Virus record (IMG/VR): IMGVR_UViG_3300012921_000078
Span: 1 to 45,813 of that record
DNA: 45,813 nt
Source of the DNA: a virus
Taxonomy: Duplodnaviria; Caudoviricetes
Strand: one strand, 5' to 3'
Shown here: piece by piece, positions 24,043-34,672 of the stretch
Position numbering within the stretch: the stretch's first letter is position 1
Layout: every line of letters begins with the position of its first letter
Program-made: the position numbers and the translations under genes
The notes under the pieces: generated by a model
What the model saw: the letters and a program-made list of their open reading frames with translations, nothing else
Database searches by the model: none
Told to the model about the DNA's origin: nothing

Positions 24043-26289
24043 ATGAGCACGAACCGGCAGGCACAGGCAGTCCGCGCACCCGAATACGACGGCAAGCCGC
24101 GGCTTGAACCCACGCCGTTCATCTCCGCGGGCGACGGCGGCGGGCAGTATTTCGCGCGCGCCGAGCGCATGTTCGCGGGGCTCTCCGAAGACATCGGCAA
24201 GCTCGCCGATACCGCGGCCACGATCGAGGGCCGCACCGCCGGCGCGGAAGCCGGCATGTCGCAGGAGTTCCGCCCGACGCGGCACTTCTCGCTGCGCGCC
24301 CGCGCCTATGACGACGCCGGGATCGACGCCTACCGGCTGACGATGCAGACCCGCATCGCCGAGGAAAGCCGGAAGATCGTCCAGCAATACGGCAACGATC
24401 CGGTGAAGCTGAAGGAAGCCTTCGCCGATCTGAAGCGAAAGGAAACCGACGGCTTCCCCGAGATCACGCCGCAGGCGACCGCGATGATCGCCCGCGCCGA
24501 GTTTGGCGCGCAGCGTGCGGCAGTGCGCGGTGTCGCGGCATCCGCGCACAAGGCGCATGTCGAGACACTCGAGAAGAACCTCGAGGCCCGCTTCTCGCTG
24601 ATCGACCGGCAGGCCTCCGTGCTCGGTCTCGACGCCGAGGCCGACAAGAAGATCGCGGCCGAGCTCGACCAGCTGCGCACCGACGTGCGCACCGCGGAGA
24701 AGCAGCGCTACATCTCGACCAAGGCCGCCGACGCGGTGATCGCAAAAGCCGAAGGCATCGTCGTACATGCGCGCGTGAAAGGCGCGTTCGAGCGGCTGCC
24801 GGACTTCGAGACGCGGCAGAAGTTCTACGACGAGTTCGTCCAGAATTATTCGAAGGGCAACGACAGCTTCGGCAAGATCGACCCGCAGACCTTCCATAGT
24901 GTCCGCGATGTCATGGCCTCGCACCTGAAAAGCGAGAGCGTCGCGATTTCCGCGAACAACCGGAAACTTGCAGTTGAGATCGACGCGATCGAGAAGCAGC
25001 TTGCGCAGAGCGGCATCCAGCCGCCGCAGGAGCAGGTGCTGTCGCTGCAGGCGAGGGTCGCAAACACGAACGACCCCGAGCTTGCCGCGCGCCTGCAGCG
25101 CACGGAAGCGGTGCTGAAGCTCTCCGAGAACCTGAAGAAGAGCCCGCTCGCCGACGCCGAGGCGCAGCTCTCCGCGATCGACAAGCTGATCGAAGAGAAA
25201 GGCGGCTCGCCGGATGCGCTCGCCGCGCGCAATGCCGTTTCCGGCATCGTGCGGCGGATGAAGGAAGAGCTCGGCAAGAACCCGCTCGGCTGGGCCGACC
25301 GCACCGGGCTCTCGAAGGTGCCGCCGATCGACTTCACCACGGACGGCGCGATCTACCAGCTGCGCAACCGCGTCGCGCAGGCGGAAGCCGTCGCCACGCA
25401 TTACGGCGTGCAGCCGAATTATCTCCTGCCGCAGGAGCGCGCCGCGCTCGAGCAGATCGCGGCAAAAGGCGGCGACGACCTGATCAAGGTCTCGCGCTTC
25501 ATCGCCGATGCAACCGGCGACCGTGCGCCCCAGGTGCTGCGCGAGATCGGCCAGCAGTCGCCGGTCGTCGCCCATATCGGCATGCTCACGCGCGACGGCG
25601 GCGCGGAGCACTTCGCGCTCGATGTCGCCGAAGCGCTGAAGGTTCGCTCGAACCCGGAGGCGAAACTGCCGAAGTGGTTCACCGACCGGCCGCCCGAGAA
25701 GGTGCTGGACGCGCAGCTCAAGGCCTCCCGCGCGCTGTTCGGCACCGCGTTCTCGCTGCTGCCGGAAACGCAGCGCGCCGCGGAGACTGCGGCAGCGGCG
25801 GCCTTCCAGAGCCGCGCGTTGCGGCGCAGCCTCGATCCGGTGCTTGCTTCACCCGATGCGCGCGACACCTTCGCGCGCACGCTGCAGGAAGCGGCGGGTG
25901 CGAGCTACGACCGCGACGGCAACCAGTTCGGCGGCGTCGTCAACATCGGCGGCGGCTTCTTCGCCGCCCGTCCGCAGACGCAGGTGCTGGTGCCGGCGAA
26001 CGTGAAAGCCGACCGCTTCGGCGATGTCCTGTCCACGATCACGAACGACGACCTGAAGACGCTGCCAATGCCGCCGCTTTCGCCGGACGGCAAGGATTAC
26101 ACTGCGCTCGACCTGCAGCGCGCCCGCCCGGTCGCGGTGCCGGGCGGCTATCGCTTCGCCTTGGGCGATCTCGACGGCGATCCGAAGTGGATGCGCGGCG
26201 CGGACGGCAAGCCCTTCGTGCTGCCCTCGCTCTTCATCGAATACACGTTGCGCCAGCGCGTGCCCGACGCCTTCCGCGGGGGGCGCTGA
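24043..26289 (+). CDS. Internal virion/ejection protein (gp15-like)
   Basis: 748 aa helical, Ala-rich; position. Confidence 0.72.
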   Translation: MSTNRQAQAVRAPEYDGKPRLEPTPFISAGDGGGQYFARAERMFAGLSEDIGKLADTAATIEGRTAGAEAGMSQEFRPTRHFSLRARAYDDAGIDAYRLTMQTRIAEESRKIVQQYGNDPVKLKEAFADLKRKETDGFPEITPQATAMIARAEFGAQRAAVRGVAASAHKAHVETLEKNLEARFSLIDRQASVLGLDAEADKKIAAELDQLRTDVRTAEKQRYISTKAADAVIAKAEGIVVHARVKGAFERLPDFETRQKFYDEFVQNYSKGNDSFGKIDPQTFHSVRDVMASHLKSESVAISANNRKLAVEIDAIEKQLAQSGIQPPQEQVLSLQARVANTNDPELAARLQRTEAVLKLSENLKKSPLADAEAQLSAIDKLIEEKGGSPDALAARNAVSGIVRRMKEELGKNPLGWADRTGLSKVPPIDFTTDGAIYQLRNRVAQAEAVATHYGVQPNYLLPQERAALEQIAAKGGDDLIKVSRFIADATGDRAPQVLREIGQQSPVVAHIGMLTRDGGAEHFALDVAEALKVRSNPEAKLPKWFTDRPPEKVLDAQLKASRALFGTAFSLLPETQRAAETAAAAAFQSRALRRSLDPVLASPDARDTFARTLQEAAGASYDRDGNQFGGVVNIGGGFFAARPQTQVLVPANVKADRFGDVLSTITNDDLKTLPMPPLSPDGKDYTALDLQRARPVAVPGGYRFALGDLDGDPKWMRGADGKPFVLPSLFIEYTLRQRVPDAFRGGR

Positions 26290-28475
26290 TGCAGCTCTAC
26301 GAAAACCCGCGCGAGCGGCCGGCATCCTTCGCGCTTCCCGGCGAGAATTCGTCTTTCCTCGAGCGCATCACCGAAGCGGCGCCGGGTGTTGTCGATATGA
26401 TCACCGCGCCGCTCGGCAACCCGAACCTTGCGATCCGCACCGCGCGGGCAAGCTCCGAGCTCTACGATCTGGTCTGGGCGGCGGAGCGCGAAACGCTCTT
26501 GTCGCGCACCGTGACGTCGCGACAGGTTTCGCTCGAAGAGGCAGCGGACGCGCAAATCCGAAAGCTCTCGGAAGCAACCGGCGTGCAGCTCGAGAACCCG
26601 TTCCGCGACGGCTACTATCGCGAGGCCCGCGACCGCGTGCTCGCAGCCCTTCGCGCGCGCGGCGAGTTCAATCCGAACGCGCTCCTGCAACACACCGGAG
26701 AACTGGAAGCCGAGCAGCGCAACCTCTTCAACGAGAAGATGGAAGAGCTGCTCGCGCGCTTTCCCGACAAGGCTGAAAGCCTGCGGCCGGCGCAGACCTT
26801 CGAACAAACGGCGGGTGCCAGCGCAACGCAGGCCGAGAACGCGGCCAATGCCGCGCGCACCAAGGCCGAGAACGCCGACGCGCCATGGGCTGCGCGCTTC
26901 GGCGCGGAGCTCGTGGGCGGGATCATGGGCTCGCGGCGCGATCCCCTGTTCATCGCTTCGCTCTTTGCCGGACCCTATTCGGCGATCGGGAAAACCGCAG
27001 GCTCCCGCATCGTCTATTCGGCGATCGCAAACGGCGTGGTCAATGCTACTGCGCAGGCGCTGGCGCAGCCTGCGGTGCAAGCGTGGCGGGCCGAGCGTGG
27101 CCGCGAATATGGCGTGCTGCCGGCGCTCGAGGAGGTCGGCTTCGCTTTCATCCTCGGCATGATCCCGGGCGCTGCGGTGCAGGGCGTGTCCGAAGCGCTG
27201 AAGCACCCACTCACACGGATCGCACGCGGCGAGGGATCGCTCGCCGATGCGAAGGCGGCGGCGGAAGCGCTTGGCGTGCGGCTGGATGAAGACACGACCC
27301 GCGCTCTCGTCGCCGCCGATCGCGCGGCAGCCGAGGAAACCCTGCTGCTCTCCGAGCGCCCGAAGGGCGTGCGCGCCGAGGAGCACGCCGATGCCATCGC
27401 CGCTGCGATCCGCGCGGAGGTGGAGCCCGCAGCACCGCCTCCCGCGCCCTATCGCGCCGTGCCCGAGAACGTCACGGGCGAAGCGGCGGAGAAGGCGCTG
27501 AAAGAAAGCCCGACGGCTGCCGATGCGCTTGCGGCGCTTCGCGACGATCCGCAGCTGCGCGCGTCGGCTGCGGCTTCCGAGAACCCGGAAGTGCGCGCTG
27601 CCGGTGTTTTGGCCGAGGGCTCCGACGAACTGGTGCAGGACGTGCTGAACGGGCGCGTCTCGCCGCGTGCCGCGCGCGCGGCGCTCGATGCCGGCGTGCC
27701 CGAACTCGACCAGGTAACGGTCGCCCGCAGGATCGAGGATGCGCGGCTTGAAACCGAAGCCGAGATGCGGGCGCTGGCTGCGAACGAAATCCGCGAGGCT
27801 TATCCGCGTGCCGTGCGTACCGATCCGATGCCGCGCCTGCCCGAGGGTGTCGAAGTCGTGGGCGAAGGGCTGAACGGCCCCGTGCTTCGCGGTTTCGCCG
27901 GCCGGTTTCTCGATGCGGTCAACTGGCTGCGCCGTGCCGGCAGCGGCGATGCGCTGGAAGTGCTCGAACTTCCTGCGCGGCCGGGCGAGCGGATCGATCT
28001 GATCGCGGGCCGGGAAGGCCCGGACGGTTACGGCGTGCGCCACATCGACAGCCAGCATCCCGGCGATCTCGACAAGCTGCCTACGCTCTGGCCGCGGCTT
28101 GCGATCCGCGACGAAGGGCCGTCGCGGATCGTGCTTGAAAGCGCGGAAGCCCGCGCCGTGGTCGTCAAGAACTTCGCCGGCGCAGAGAAGCGCTGGCTGC
28201 TTACGTTTTTCGAGAGGAAGGGTGACCGGTCCGGCAGCGGGCCTATCGAGGTCGCTGCCGATCAAGGTCCGGCCCTGCGTTCCCCGGACCGACCGGCCAG
28301 AACAGATGTAAGCCCAACGGCGCCCGCGCGCAACATGGATCCCGCTGACCCGCTGAACCTCGTGCCTGTCACACGTGACGACGGCACGACCGTGCTGGTC
28401 TCGCGCGATGCGGTCGAGCAGGCCGGCGCTCGTTCCGAGTATCTTTCCGACCTCGTGAGGGCGTGCAAAGAATGA
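26289..28475 (+). CDS. Internal virion protein with C-terminal PBECR-like (barnase/colicin E5/RelE-fold) nuclease domain
   Basis: TGATG overlap; IDL..G....GYGVRHI...H...RIVLE...AVV......KRWLLTFFE. Confidence 0.7.
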   Translation: MQLYENPRERPASFALPGENSSFLERITEAAPGVVDMITAPLGNPNLAIRTARASSELYDLVWAAERETLLSRTVTSRQVSLEEAADAQIRKLSEATGVQLENPFRDGYYREARDRVLAALRARGEFNPNALLQHTGELEAEQRNLFNEKMEELLARFPDKAESLRPAQTFEQTAGASATQAENAANAARTKAENADAPWAARFGAELVGGIMGSRRDPLFIASLFAGPYSAIGKTAGSRIVYSAIANGVVNATAQALAQPAVQAWRAERGREYGVLPALEEVGFAFILGMIPGAAVQGVSEALKHPLTRIARGEGSLADAKAAAEALGVRLDEDTTRALVAADRAAAEETLLLSERPKGVRAEEHADAIAAAIRAEVEPAAPPPAPYRAVPENVTGEAAEKALKESPTAADALAALRDDPQLRASAAASENPEVRAAGVLAEGSDELVQDVLNGRVSPRAARAALDAGVPELDQVTVARRIEDARLETEAEMRALAANEIREAYPRAVRTDPMPRLPEGVEVVGEGLNGPVLRGFAGRFLDAVNWLRRAGSGDALEVLELPARPGERIDLIAGREGPDGYGVRHIDSQHPGDLDKLPTLWPRLAIRDEGPSRIVLESAEARAVVVKNFAGAEKRWLLTFFERKGDRSGSGPIEVAADQGPALRSPDRPARTDVSPTAPARNMDPADPLNLVPVTRDDGTTVLVSRDAVEQAGARSEYLSDLVRACKE

Positions 28476-31024
28476 GCTTCCGCGATTGCATCATCTCCGC
28501 GCGCGAACAGGGTGGGCTTTCTCCCGAGGAAGCCGACGACCTTCTGCGCCGCTACGAAAGAAACCGCGCGGCGTTCGGCGACGGCGCAAAGGAAAAGCTG
28601 GAAGAAGAACTTTCTGCGGAAGCCAAGCGCAAGCTGCGGCTGGCGACGCTCGCGCGCGAGAAGCAGGAGCGCATCGCGCAACATCTCGAAACCTTCCGCA
28701 ATGCGAGCGGGAAGGCCGATGTGTTCGAGGCGGCGCTGAAGCTGATCGAGAGCTTCGGCTTTTCCGGCACCGACAACCTGCGCGGCCTGCAGCATGCGAT
28801 CGTTGCGATGTCGCACGGCCGCATGGCCGAGCTGATCCAGACCTTCGAGCGCAACTTCTACACGGGGCTGCATACGAACAAGCCGCTCGCGAACGATGTT
28901 GTGCGCGAGATGCTCGGGCAGGACACCGCGAAGCCCGAAGCGAAGGCCATGGCCCGCGCGGTTGCGGAAGTCTTTGACGATCTTCTCGAGCGGTTCAACA
29001 AGGCGGGCGGCGATGTCGCCCGCCTCGAGCGCTACATTCCGCAGCACCACAACCCGCTCGCGCTGATGAAAGCGGGCTTCGAGCAATGGCGCGACTGGAT
29101 CGTGCCGCGGCTCGATCGCGCGAAGATGCGCGACCCGCTGACGGGCGGCGCGCTTTCCGCCGATCGTTTCGAGGAAAGCCTGCGGGCTGCTTTCCGCAAC
29201 ATTACGACCGACGGCTGGGAAGGGCGGACGCCTACGCAGCAGCGCATGGGCGCCGGGGCGATTGCCAACCAGCGGCAGGAGCACCGCTTCCTGCAGTTCC
29301 GCGATGCCGACGCCTGGCTCGAATACGACCGGCAGTTCGGCCACGGCGATCCGCTGGTCGCGATCTTCTCGCACGTGAATTCGATGGCGCGGGACATCGC
29401 GGCCATGGAAATCTTCGGCCCGAACCCGAACGCTATGATCGAGTGGCTGAAGCAGGTCGTGCAATCGGAAGCCGGGAAGGCGCAGCTTTCGCAGCAAAGC
29501 CTGTTCAACGCGAAAGCCTGGACCACGCAGGGCACCATGGATGCCGGCGAGAAGGCCGCGCAGCGGATCGAGGACGTTTACCAGTTTGTGCGCGGCCGGC
29601 GGCCTGTTTCGCAGCAGCTCGCGAACACCACAGGCGACGTGCGCAACGTGCTTACGTCGATCATGCTGGGCTCGACCTCACTGATCGCGGCCACGACCGA
29701 TCCCTTCATCGAGCTCTCCGCGCGCCGCGCGCTCGGTATGCCGCTCAAGGACCTGCTCGGCTCGAACGCGAAGGTGTTTGCCGATACCGTTTCACAGTTT
29801 TTCGCGCAGCTGCCTGCGGCGAAGATCGTCTCGCGTGTGATCGACGGCATGACCGGCGCGCCGCGCGAGATGGCCGCGCGCTCGGCGATGATCGCCGACG
29901 AATTCCTGCACATTCTCGGGGATGAAGCCCGCTATGCCGGGACCCTCGGCGGGCGCACCTGGTCGCGCTGGCTAGCCGACCGCACGCTGACGCTCACCGG
30001 CCTCTCGCCGATGACGAACGCGCGCCGCGCGGTGTTCGGTCTCGACATGCAGGCCTTCATGGCCGACCTCTCCGGCAAGACCTTCCCAGAGCTCCCCGAG
30101 CGCTGGCGGATCAAGATGGAAGGCTACGGCATTACCGCCGCCGACTGGGACGTGATGCGGGCCGTGCCGCACTACACGCCCGATGCCGGCGCTTCGGGCT
30201 TCCTGCGGCCGATCGACATTGCGAGAGCGGACGAGCGCGTGGCCGAAAAGTTTTTGCAGATGATCCTCGGCGAGACCGAGCGGGCGGTGCCTTCCGGTAC
30301 GGCACGCTCGAAGTCGCTGATCATCGGCGGCGGCAAGAAGGGCACGATCGCGACCGAGCTCGTCGAAGGCTTTACGCAGTTCAAGGCCTTTGGCCTTTCG
30401 ATCACGACCCTGCAGCTCGAGGCGATGGGCCGCGCCACGCAGCACTTCGGCAAGCCCGGCGGTGCCGCGCATGCGGCCTGGTTGCTTCCGCTTGCGACGC
30501 TCGGCGCCGCCGTCGGTATCCAGCTGCGGCATCTCGCGCAGGGCCGCGACCCGGAGCGGATCGACACGCCGAAGTTCTGGCTCTCGGCACTCGCACAGGG
30601 CGGCGGCTTCGGCATCTTCGGCGACTTCCTGTTCGCGGAATGGAACCGCTTCGGCCGCACGCTCGGCGAGCAGGTGGCGGGGCCGCAGGTCGGCCTCGTG
30701 TCGGACCTCTTCAAGCTCACGCTCGGAAACGTGCAGAACGTGCTCGAAGGCAAGGGTGGCCGCTTTGCGAACGATGCAGCGCTTTTCGCGGGGCGCTACA
30801 CGCCGTTCCTTTCCTCGGCCTGGCAGACCCGTCTCGCCTACCGGAGGCTCGTGGTGAACCAGCTGCAATGGCTGCTCGACCCGCAGGCCGAGCGGAAATT
30901 CCGCGACGAGCAGCGGCGCTTCCTGCGCGAGCGGGGCCAAGGCTTCTGGTGGGCGCCGGGCGACACCGCGTCTTCGCGCCTGCCGCAGGCACCGCAGCCG
31001 ATCCCCGAGAAGAAAAAGCGCTGA
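28472..31024 (+). CDS. Large internal virion/ejection protein (gp16-like)
   Basis: 850 aa; YIPQHH, QFKAF, GGGFGIFGDFL motifs; position before fibre. Confidence 0.78.
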   Translation: MSFRDCIISAREQGGLSPEEADDLLRRYERNRAAFGDGAKEKLEEELSAEAKRKLRLATLAREKQERIAQHLETFRNASGKADVFEAALKLIESFGFSGTDNLRGLQHAIVAMSHGRMAELIQTFERNFYTGLHTNKPLANDVVREMLGQDTAKPEAKAMARAVAEVFDDLLERFNKAGGDVARLERYIPQHHNPLALMKAGFEQWRDWIVPRLDRAKMRDPLTGGALSADRFEESLRAAFRNITTDGWEGRTPTQQRMGAGAIANQRQEHRFLQFRDADAWLEYDRQFGHGDPLVAIFSHVNSMARDIAAMEIFGPNPNAMIEWLKQVVQSEAGKAQLSQQSLFNAKAWTTQGTMDAGEKAAQRIEDVYQFVRGRRPVSQQLANTTGDVRNVLTSIMLGSTSLIAATTDPFIELSARRALGMPLKDLLGSNAKVFADTVSQFFAQLPAAKIVSRVIDGMTGAPREMAARSAMIADEFLHILGDEARYAGTLGGRTWSRWLADRTLTLTGLSPMTNARRAVFGLDMQAFMADLSGKTFPELPERWRIKMEGYGITAADWDVMRAVPHYTPDAGASGFLRPIDIARADERVAEKFLQMILGETERAVPSGTARSKSLIIGGGKKGTIATELVEGFTQFKAFGLSITTLQLEAMGRATQHFGKPGGAAHAAWLLPLATLGAAVGIQLRHLAQGRDPERIDTPKFWLSALAQGGGFGIFGDFLFAEWNRFGRTLGEQVAGPQVGLVSDLFKLTLGNVQNVLEGKGGRFANDAALFAGRYTPFLSSAWQTRLAYRRLVVNQLQWLLDPQAERKFRDEQRRFLRERGQGFWWAPGDTASSRLPQAPQPIPEKKKR

Positions 31025-31093
31025 TCTTTCTGGCCGCAACGTCGCGGACTGCGCGGGCTTCGCCCGCTTCGCTCGACGACGCGGCGGCTTTAC

Positions 31094-31105
31094 GGATGCT
31101 CCCCC
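31094..31105 (+). promoter_or_regulatory. Late-promoter-like motif, copy 4 (tail fibre/lysis)
   Basis: Exact motif, intergenic, 30 bp before the fibre ATG. Confidence 0.72.
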
Positions 31106-31135
31106 GGCCGTGGCCCGGCCCGCATCTTCCGGCGC

Positions 31136-32917
31136 ATGGCCGATGTCGATATTGAAGAAAACGACCGCTACTGCACCGCGACCGCGACCGGCGGCGAAAC
31201 CGCCGTGCCTGCGGACTTCCCGATCTATGACCAGACCGAGATCCTCGTCGAGCGCACCCGCGCGGGCGTGAAGCTCGCGCTCACGAACCCGACGCATTTC
31301 ACGATTTCCGATGTCGGCGAGGAGGACGGCTTCTCGGTCGATCTCGTTGCGGCGGCGCAGGCCGGCGACTTCTTCGAAATCTGGGGCAAGACGCGGCTCG
31401 AGCGGGTCGGCGGCTATAACCAGTCGAACTTCCAGGCCGACGCGCTGAACCGCGAGTTCGACCGCAAGACCTTCATCGAGCAGGAGCGCCGCCGCGACAC
31501 CGCCCGCGCGCTTCTGAAGGACCTCGCGCTCAACAAATACGACGCCGGCGGCGCGCGGATTTCGAACGTCGGCACGCCTTCGGCTTCCTCCGATGCGGTG
31601 CCGGTGAGCTACCTCGACAGCGAATTCCGCGACGGCCTCGAGGCGCTGGTCGAGGAAGCCGAAGGCTACAAGGACGACGCGGCGGCGGATGCTGCGCAGA
31701 CCGCCGAGGACCGGATCGCGGTTGCGGCGAACGCGCTTGCGGCTTCGAACGCGCAAACCGCCGCGGAAGCCGCGCAGGCGGCGGCCGAAGCTGCCCGCGA
31801 CGAGGCCGAGGAAGTCGTCGGCAACGACTACCAGCTCAAATCCGAAAAGGGGCAGGCGAACGGCTATGCCTCGCTCGACGAAAGCGGGCTGGTGCCGAGC
31901 ACGCAGCTGCCGTCCTTTGTCGATGACGTGATCGAGGCCGCGAACTTCGCGGCACTCCCCGGCACCGGCGTGACCGGCAAGATTTACGTCACCCTCGACA
32001 ACAACAAGACCTATCGCTGGTCCGGCTCGGCCTATGTCGCGGTGAACGAATTCACCGAGGCGATGGTGCGCGCGACCCCGCTCACCGGGCTCGACACCGG
32101 CAGCGCGGCTGACGTCGAGGCGACCGACACGGTGCTCGAAGCGCTCGGCAAGCTGCAGGCGAAGGCCGCGGCAGGCGGCGGCTTGCCGAAGAACTACCTC
32201 ACCGGCCTCACGCTCTCGAACAACGCATCCGATGCCACGAACGACATCGACATCGCCGTCGGTGCAGCGCGCGCCGACGGCGATGCGGCCGACATGGTGC
32301 TCGCCGCCGCACTCACGAAGCGCCTCGACGCGGCCTGGGCGGTCGGCACCGGCAACGGCGGGCTCGACACCGGCGCGATCGCGGACACGACCTATCACGT
32401 ATTCCTGATCAAGCGGTCAGACACGGGTGTCGTGGACGTGCTGTTCTCGACCAGCGCGACTTCTCCGACGATGCCCGCAAACTACGATTATAAGCGCCGC
32501 ATCGGCTCCATCGTTCGCGCATCCTCCGCAATTCGGCGCTTCACGCAGACCGGCGATCTGTTCCTGTGGGATGCCATGCTGCGCGACATCAATGTCGCTG
32601 GCGCGGGCTCCGCTGCTGTCACCCGCACCCTCACGTTGCCCACGGGGGTCAAGGTCGAGGCCATGATCTTCGCGCCGATGAACGGTGCAACGATCCCGAA
32701 TTATGCGATCATGTCGTCGCTCGACGCCGTGGACACCGCGCCGTCTTCTACCGTCTATAATTCGATCTCCGGCGCGAACAACCAGGTGAGCAGCGTTATT
32801 TTCGTGCGCACCAATACCTCCGCGCAAATTCGTTCGCGCATGGCATCCGGCGGCGGCAGCGACGGGCTCGAAATCTTCACGCTCGGATGGCGCGATCTGC
32901 GCGGAAAGGAAGGCTGA
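31136..32917 (+). CDS. Tail fibre / receptor-binding protein
   Basis: gp17-like N-terminal anchor (F.ADALNREFD), Ala-rich coiled coil, KGQANGYASLD motif, C-terminal LTLSNN..D.TNDIDIA.G...RRIGS domain. Confidence 0.85.
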   Translation: MADVDIEENDRYCTATATGGETAVPADFPIYDQTEILVERTRAGVKLALTNPTHFTISDVGEEDGFSVDLVAAAQAGDFFEIWGKTRLERVGGYNQSNFQADALNREFDRKTFIEQERRRDTARALLKDLALNKYDAGGARISNVGTPSASSDAVPVSYLDSEFRDGLEALVEEAEGYKDDAAADAAQTAEDRIAVAANALAASNAQTAAEAAQAAAEAARDEAEEVVGNDYQLKSEKGQANGYASLDESGLVPSTQLPSFVDDVIEAANFAALPGTGVTGKIYVTLDNNKTYRWSGSAYVAVNEFTEAMVRATPLTGLDTGSAADVEATDTVLEALGKLQAKAAAGGGLPKNYLTGLTLSNNASDATNDIDIAVGAARADGDAADMVLAAALTKRLDAAWAVGTGNGGLDTGAIADTTYHVFLIKRSDTGVVDVLFSTSATSPTMPANYDYKRRIGSIVRASSAIRRFTQTGDLFLWDAMLRDINVAGAGSAAVTRTLTLPTGVKVEAMIFAPMNGATIPNYAIMSSLDAVDTAPSSTVYNSISGANNQVSSVIFVRTNTSAQIRSRMASGGGSDGLEIFTLGWRDLRGKEG

Positions 32918-33279
32918 TGCCTTACGTCCAGCGCAACCAGAGCCAGCAGGTGATCGGCATCTTCGAGCAGCCGCAGCCCGGCTATGCCGAAGAATTTCTC
33001 GCCGACGACCACGCGGACGTGGTGGCGTTTCTGACGCCGCCGATCACCGCGACGCCGCTGCAGGTGCGCCGCGCGCTTCTTGCCGCGGGCCTGCTCGCGA
33101 CCGTCGAAGCGATTGTCGAAAGCGCCGGCGGCGAGACGAAAATTGCCTGGGACTGGGCGACCGAATTCAGGAGCGACAGCCCGATGCTGCTTGCGATGGC
33201 GCAACAGCTCGACCCGCCGCTCGATGCGGCGGCCGTGCGCGCGTTGTTCGAGCAGGCGCGCAGCCTGCAGGATTTGTGA
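32917..33279 (+). CDS. Tail-fibre-associated small protein/chaperone
   Basis: TGATG overlap; TPLQVRRALL..GLL..VE...W.WATEF.SDSP...LF..A. Confidence 0.72.
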   Translation: MPYVQRNQSQQVIGIFEQPQPGYAEEFLADDHADVVAFLTPPITATPLQVRRALLAAGLLATVEAIVESAGGETKIAWDWATEFRSDSPMLLAMAQQLDPPLDAAAVRALFEQARSLQDL

Positions 33280-33293
33280 GCGGGAGCCACGCC

Positions 33294-34331
33294 ATGCAGA
33301 TCGAAATCCGCAACCACTTTGTTTTCGTGAACGGCGTGCAGGCGCCCTATCTGCCTTCGCCCAACCACTCCGGGGTGATGGCCTATATCGACGCGATCGT
33401 CGATCACGACACCGCCTCGAACCCGCTCGACCCTTCCGGCGACATCGGCTGGCTGCGCATGCCGAGGGCGAAAGCCTCCGCGCACATCGTGATCGACTGG
33501 GCCGGGAAGATTTACCAGCTCCTGCCGCTCAACTATGCCGCCTGGCATGCCGGGCCTTCCGCGCTCGGCTCGCGGCGCAACTACAATGCGCACTCGATCG
33601 GCATCGAGCACGACAACCCCGGCTATCTCGACAAGACCGAAACGCCGGGCGTCTATCGCGGCGTCTGCACGATCGACACCAACAAGAACCCGGCGTTTCG
33701 CGTCTCGGCCGCGCCGGTGCAGCACAACCCGAAGCTCTTGAAATACTGGCTGCACTATTCGGAGGCGCAGATCGCCGCCTCCGCGCAGCTGCATCTCGCG
33801 CTGAAGCGCGCCTATCCCTCGATCGACGAAGTGGTCGGCCACTGGCAAATCTGCCCGGGCCGCAAGACCGACACGAACCCGGTGTTTCCGCTCGCGCGCA
33901 TGCGCTCGCTCGTCATCGGCAACCCGCCGCAGAGCGTGCCGCAGAAGGTGGCGGAAGTCGCGAACGATCCGAAGACCGAGGTCGGCGTGCCGGCGGCAAC
34001 CGTGCCGGCGGGCTACATGGCCGACAGTCAGGCGCAGGCGATGATGTCGCCGGTTGCTTCGACCGGCGACTTCTACACCGACATCACCACGCAGCTCTCG
34101 ATGCTCGCGGGCTACGGCCTTTCGTTTGCCGGCAAGGCGCTGATGGTGATCGGCGTGCTGTTCGCGCTGTGGGTCGCCGGGAAATATCTCTGGCGCTACG
34201 CGCTCTCGCCCGCTTGGCAGTATTTCTTTCCGCCGAAGCCCGACCCGATCCTGCTCGAAGGCATGGACTACCAGCCGGCCGTGGCCGACGCGGATGCGCT
34301 CTATCCCGAACCGCCTGCGAGGCCCGCATGA
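33294..34331 (+). CDS. Endolysin, N-acetylmuramoyl-L-alanine amidase (Amidase_2 type) with C-terminal TM segment
   Basis: HDTA, SAHIVI, AWHAG, SIGIE, VVGH, RKTD motifs. Confidence 0.9.
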   Translation: MQIEIRNHFVFVNGVQAPYLPSPNHSGVMAYIDAIVDHDTASNPLDPSGDIGWLRMPRAKASAHIVIDWAGKIYQLLPLNYAAWHAGPSALGSRRNYNAHSIGIEHDNPGYLDKTETPGVYRGVCTIDTNKNPAFRVSAAPVQHNPKLLKYWLHYSEAQIAASAQLHLALKRAYPSIDEVVGHWQICPGRKTDTNPVFPLARMRSLVIGNPPQSVPQKVAEVANDPKTEVGVPAATVPAGYMADSQAQAMMSPVASTGDFYTDITTQLSMLAGYGLSFAGKALMVIGVLFALWVAGKYLWRYALSPAWQYFFPPKPDPILLEGMDYQPAVADADALYPEPPARPA

Positions 34332-34672
34332 TTGCCGACTGGAAATTCTGGATTGCGCTGCTCTTGACGGCTGGGCCGCTCGCGCTGCGCTTCATCCCCT
34401 TCACCGCGCCGCTGGTCTCGGCGTTTCTGCAAACCTCGCTCGGCCGCGGCGCGCTCGCTGCGATCGTGATCGTCGCGGGCTCGCTCTGGATCGGAACCTA
34501 CTACCAGAGCAAGGGGGTCGCGCTCGGCGAGCAGAAAACGCAGGAGCGTATTCGCGCGCAGAACGAGCGCGCGGTGCAGCGCGCGGTCGAGCACGCGATC
34601 CCGGTCACGGAGTGTTACGAGCGGAACGGCTTGTGGGACCAGGAGCGCGGCACATGCCTGATCGGCGAATGA
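34328..34672 (+). CDS. i-spanin (Rz-like) candidate
   Basis: N-terminal TM segments followed by coiled coil; ATGA overlaps. Confidence 0.65.
   Translation: MIADWKFWIALLLTAGPLALRFIPFTAPLVSAFLQTSLGRGALAAIVIVAGSLWIGTYYQSKGVALGEQKTQERIRAQNERAVQRAVEHAIPVTECYERNGLWDQERGTCLIGE

Noticed and set aside
21525-32398. Very long minus-strand ORFs (727, 735, 705, 808 aa) opposite the structural genes
   Set aside because: Antisense shadows typical of high-GC coding DNA; no motifs or RBS
31136-33279. Diversity-generating retroelement or invertible tail-fibre cassette, as in BPP-1
   Set aside because: No reverse transcriptase, invertase or TR/VR duplicate seen
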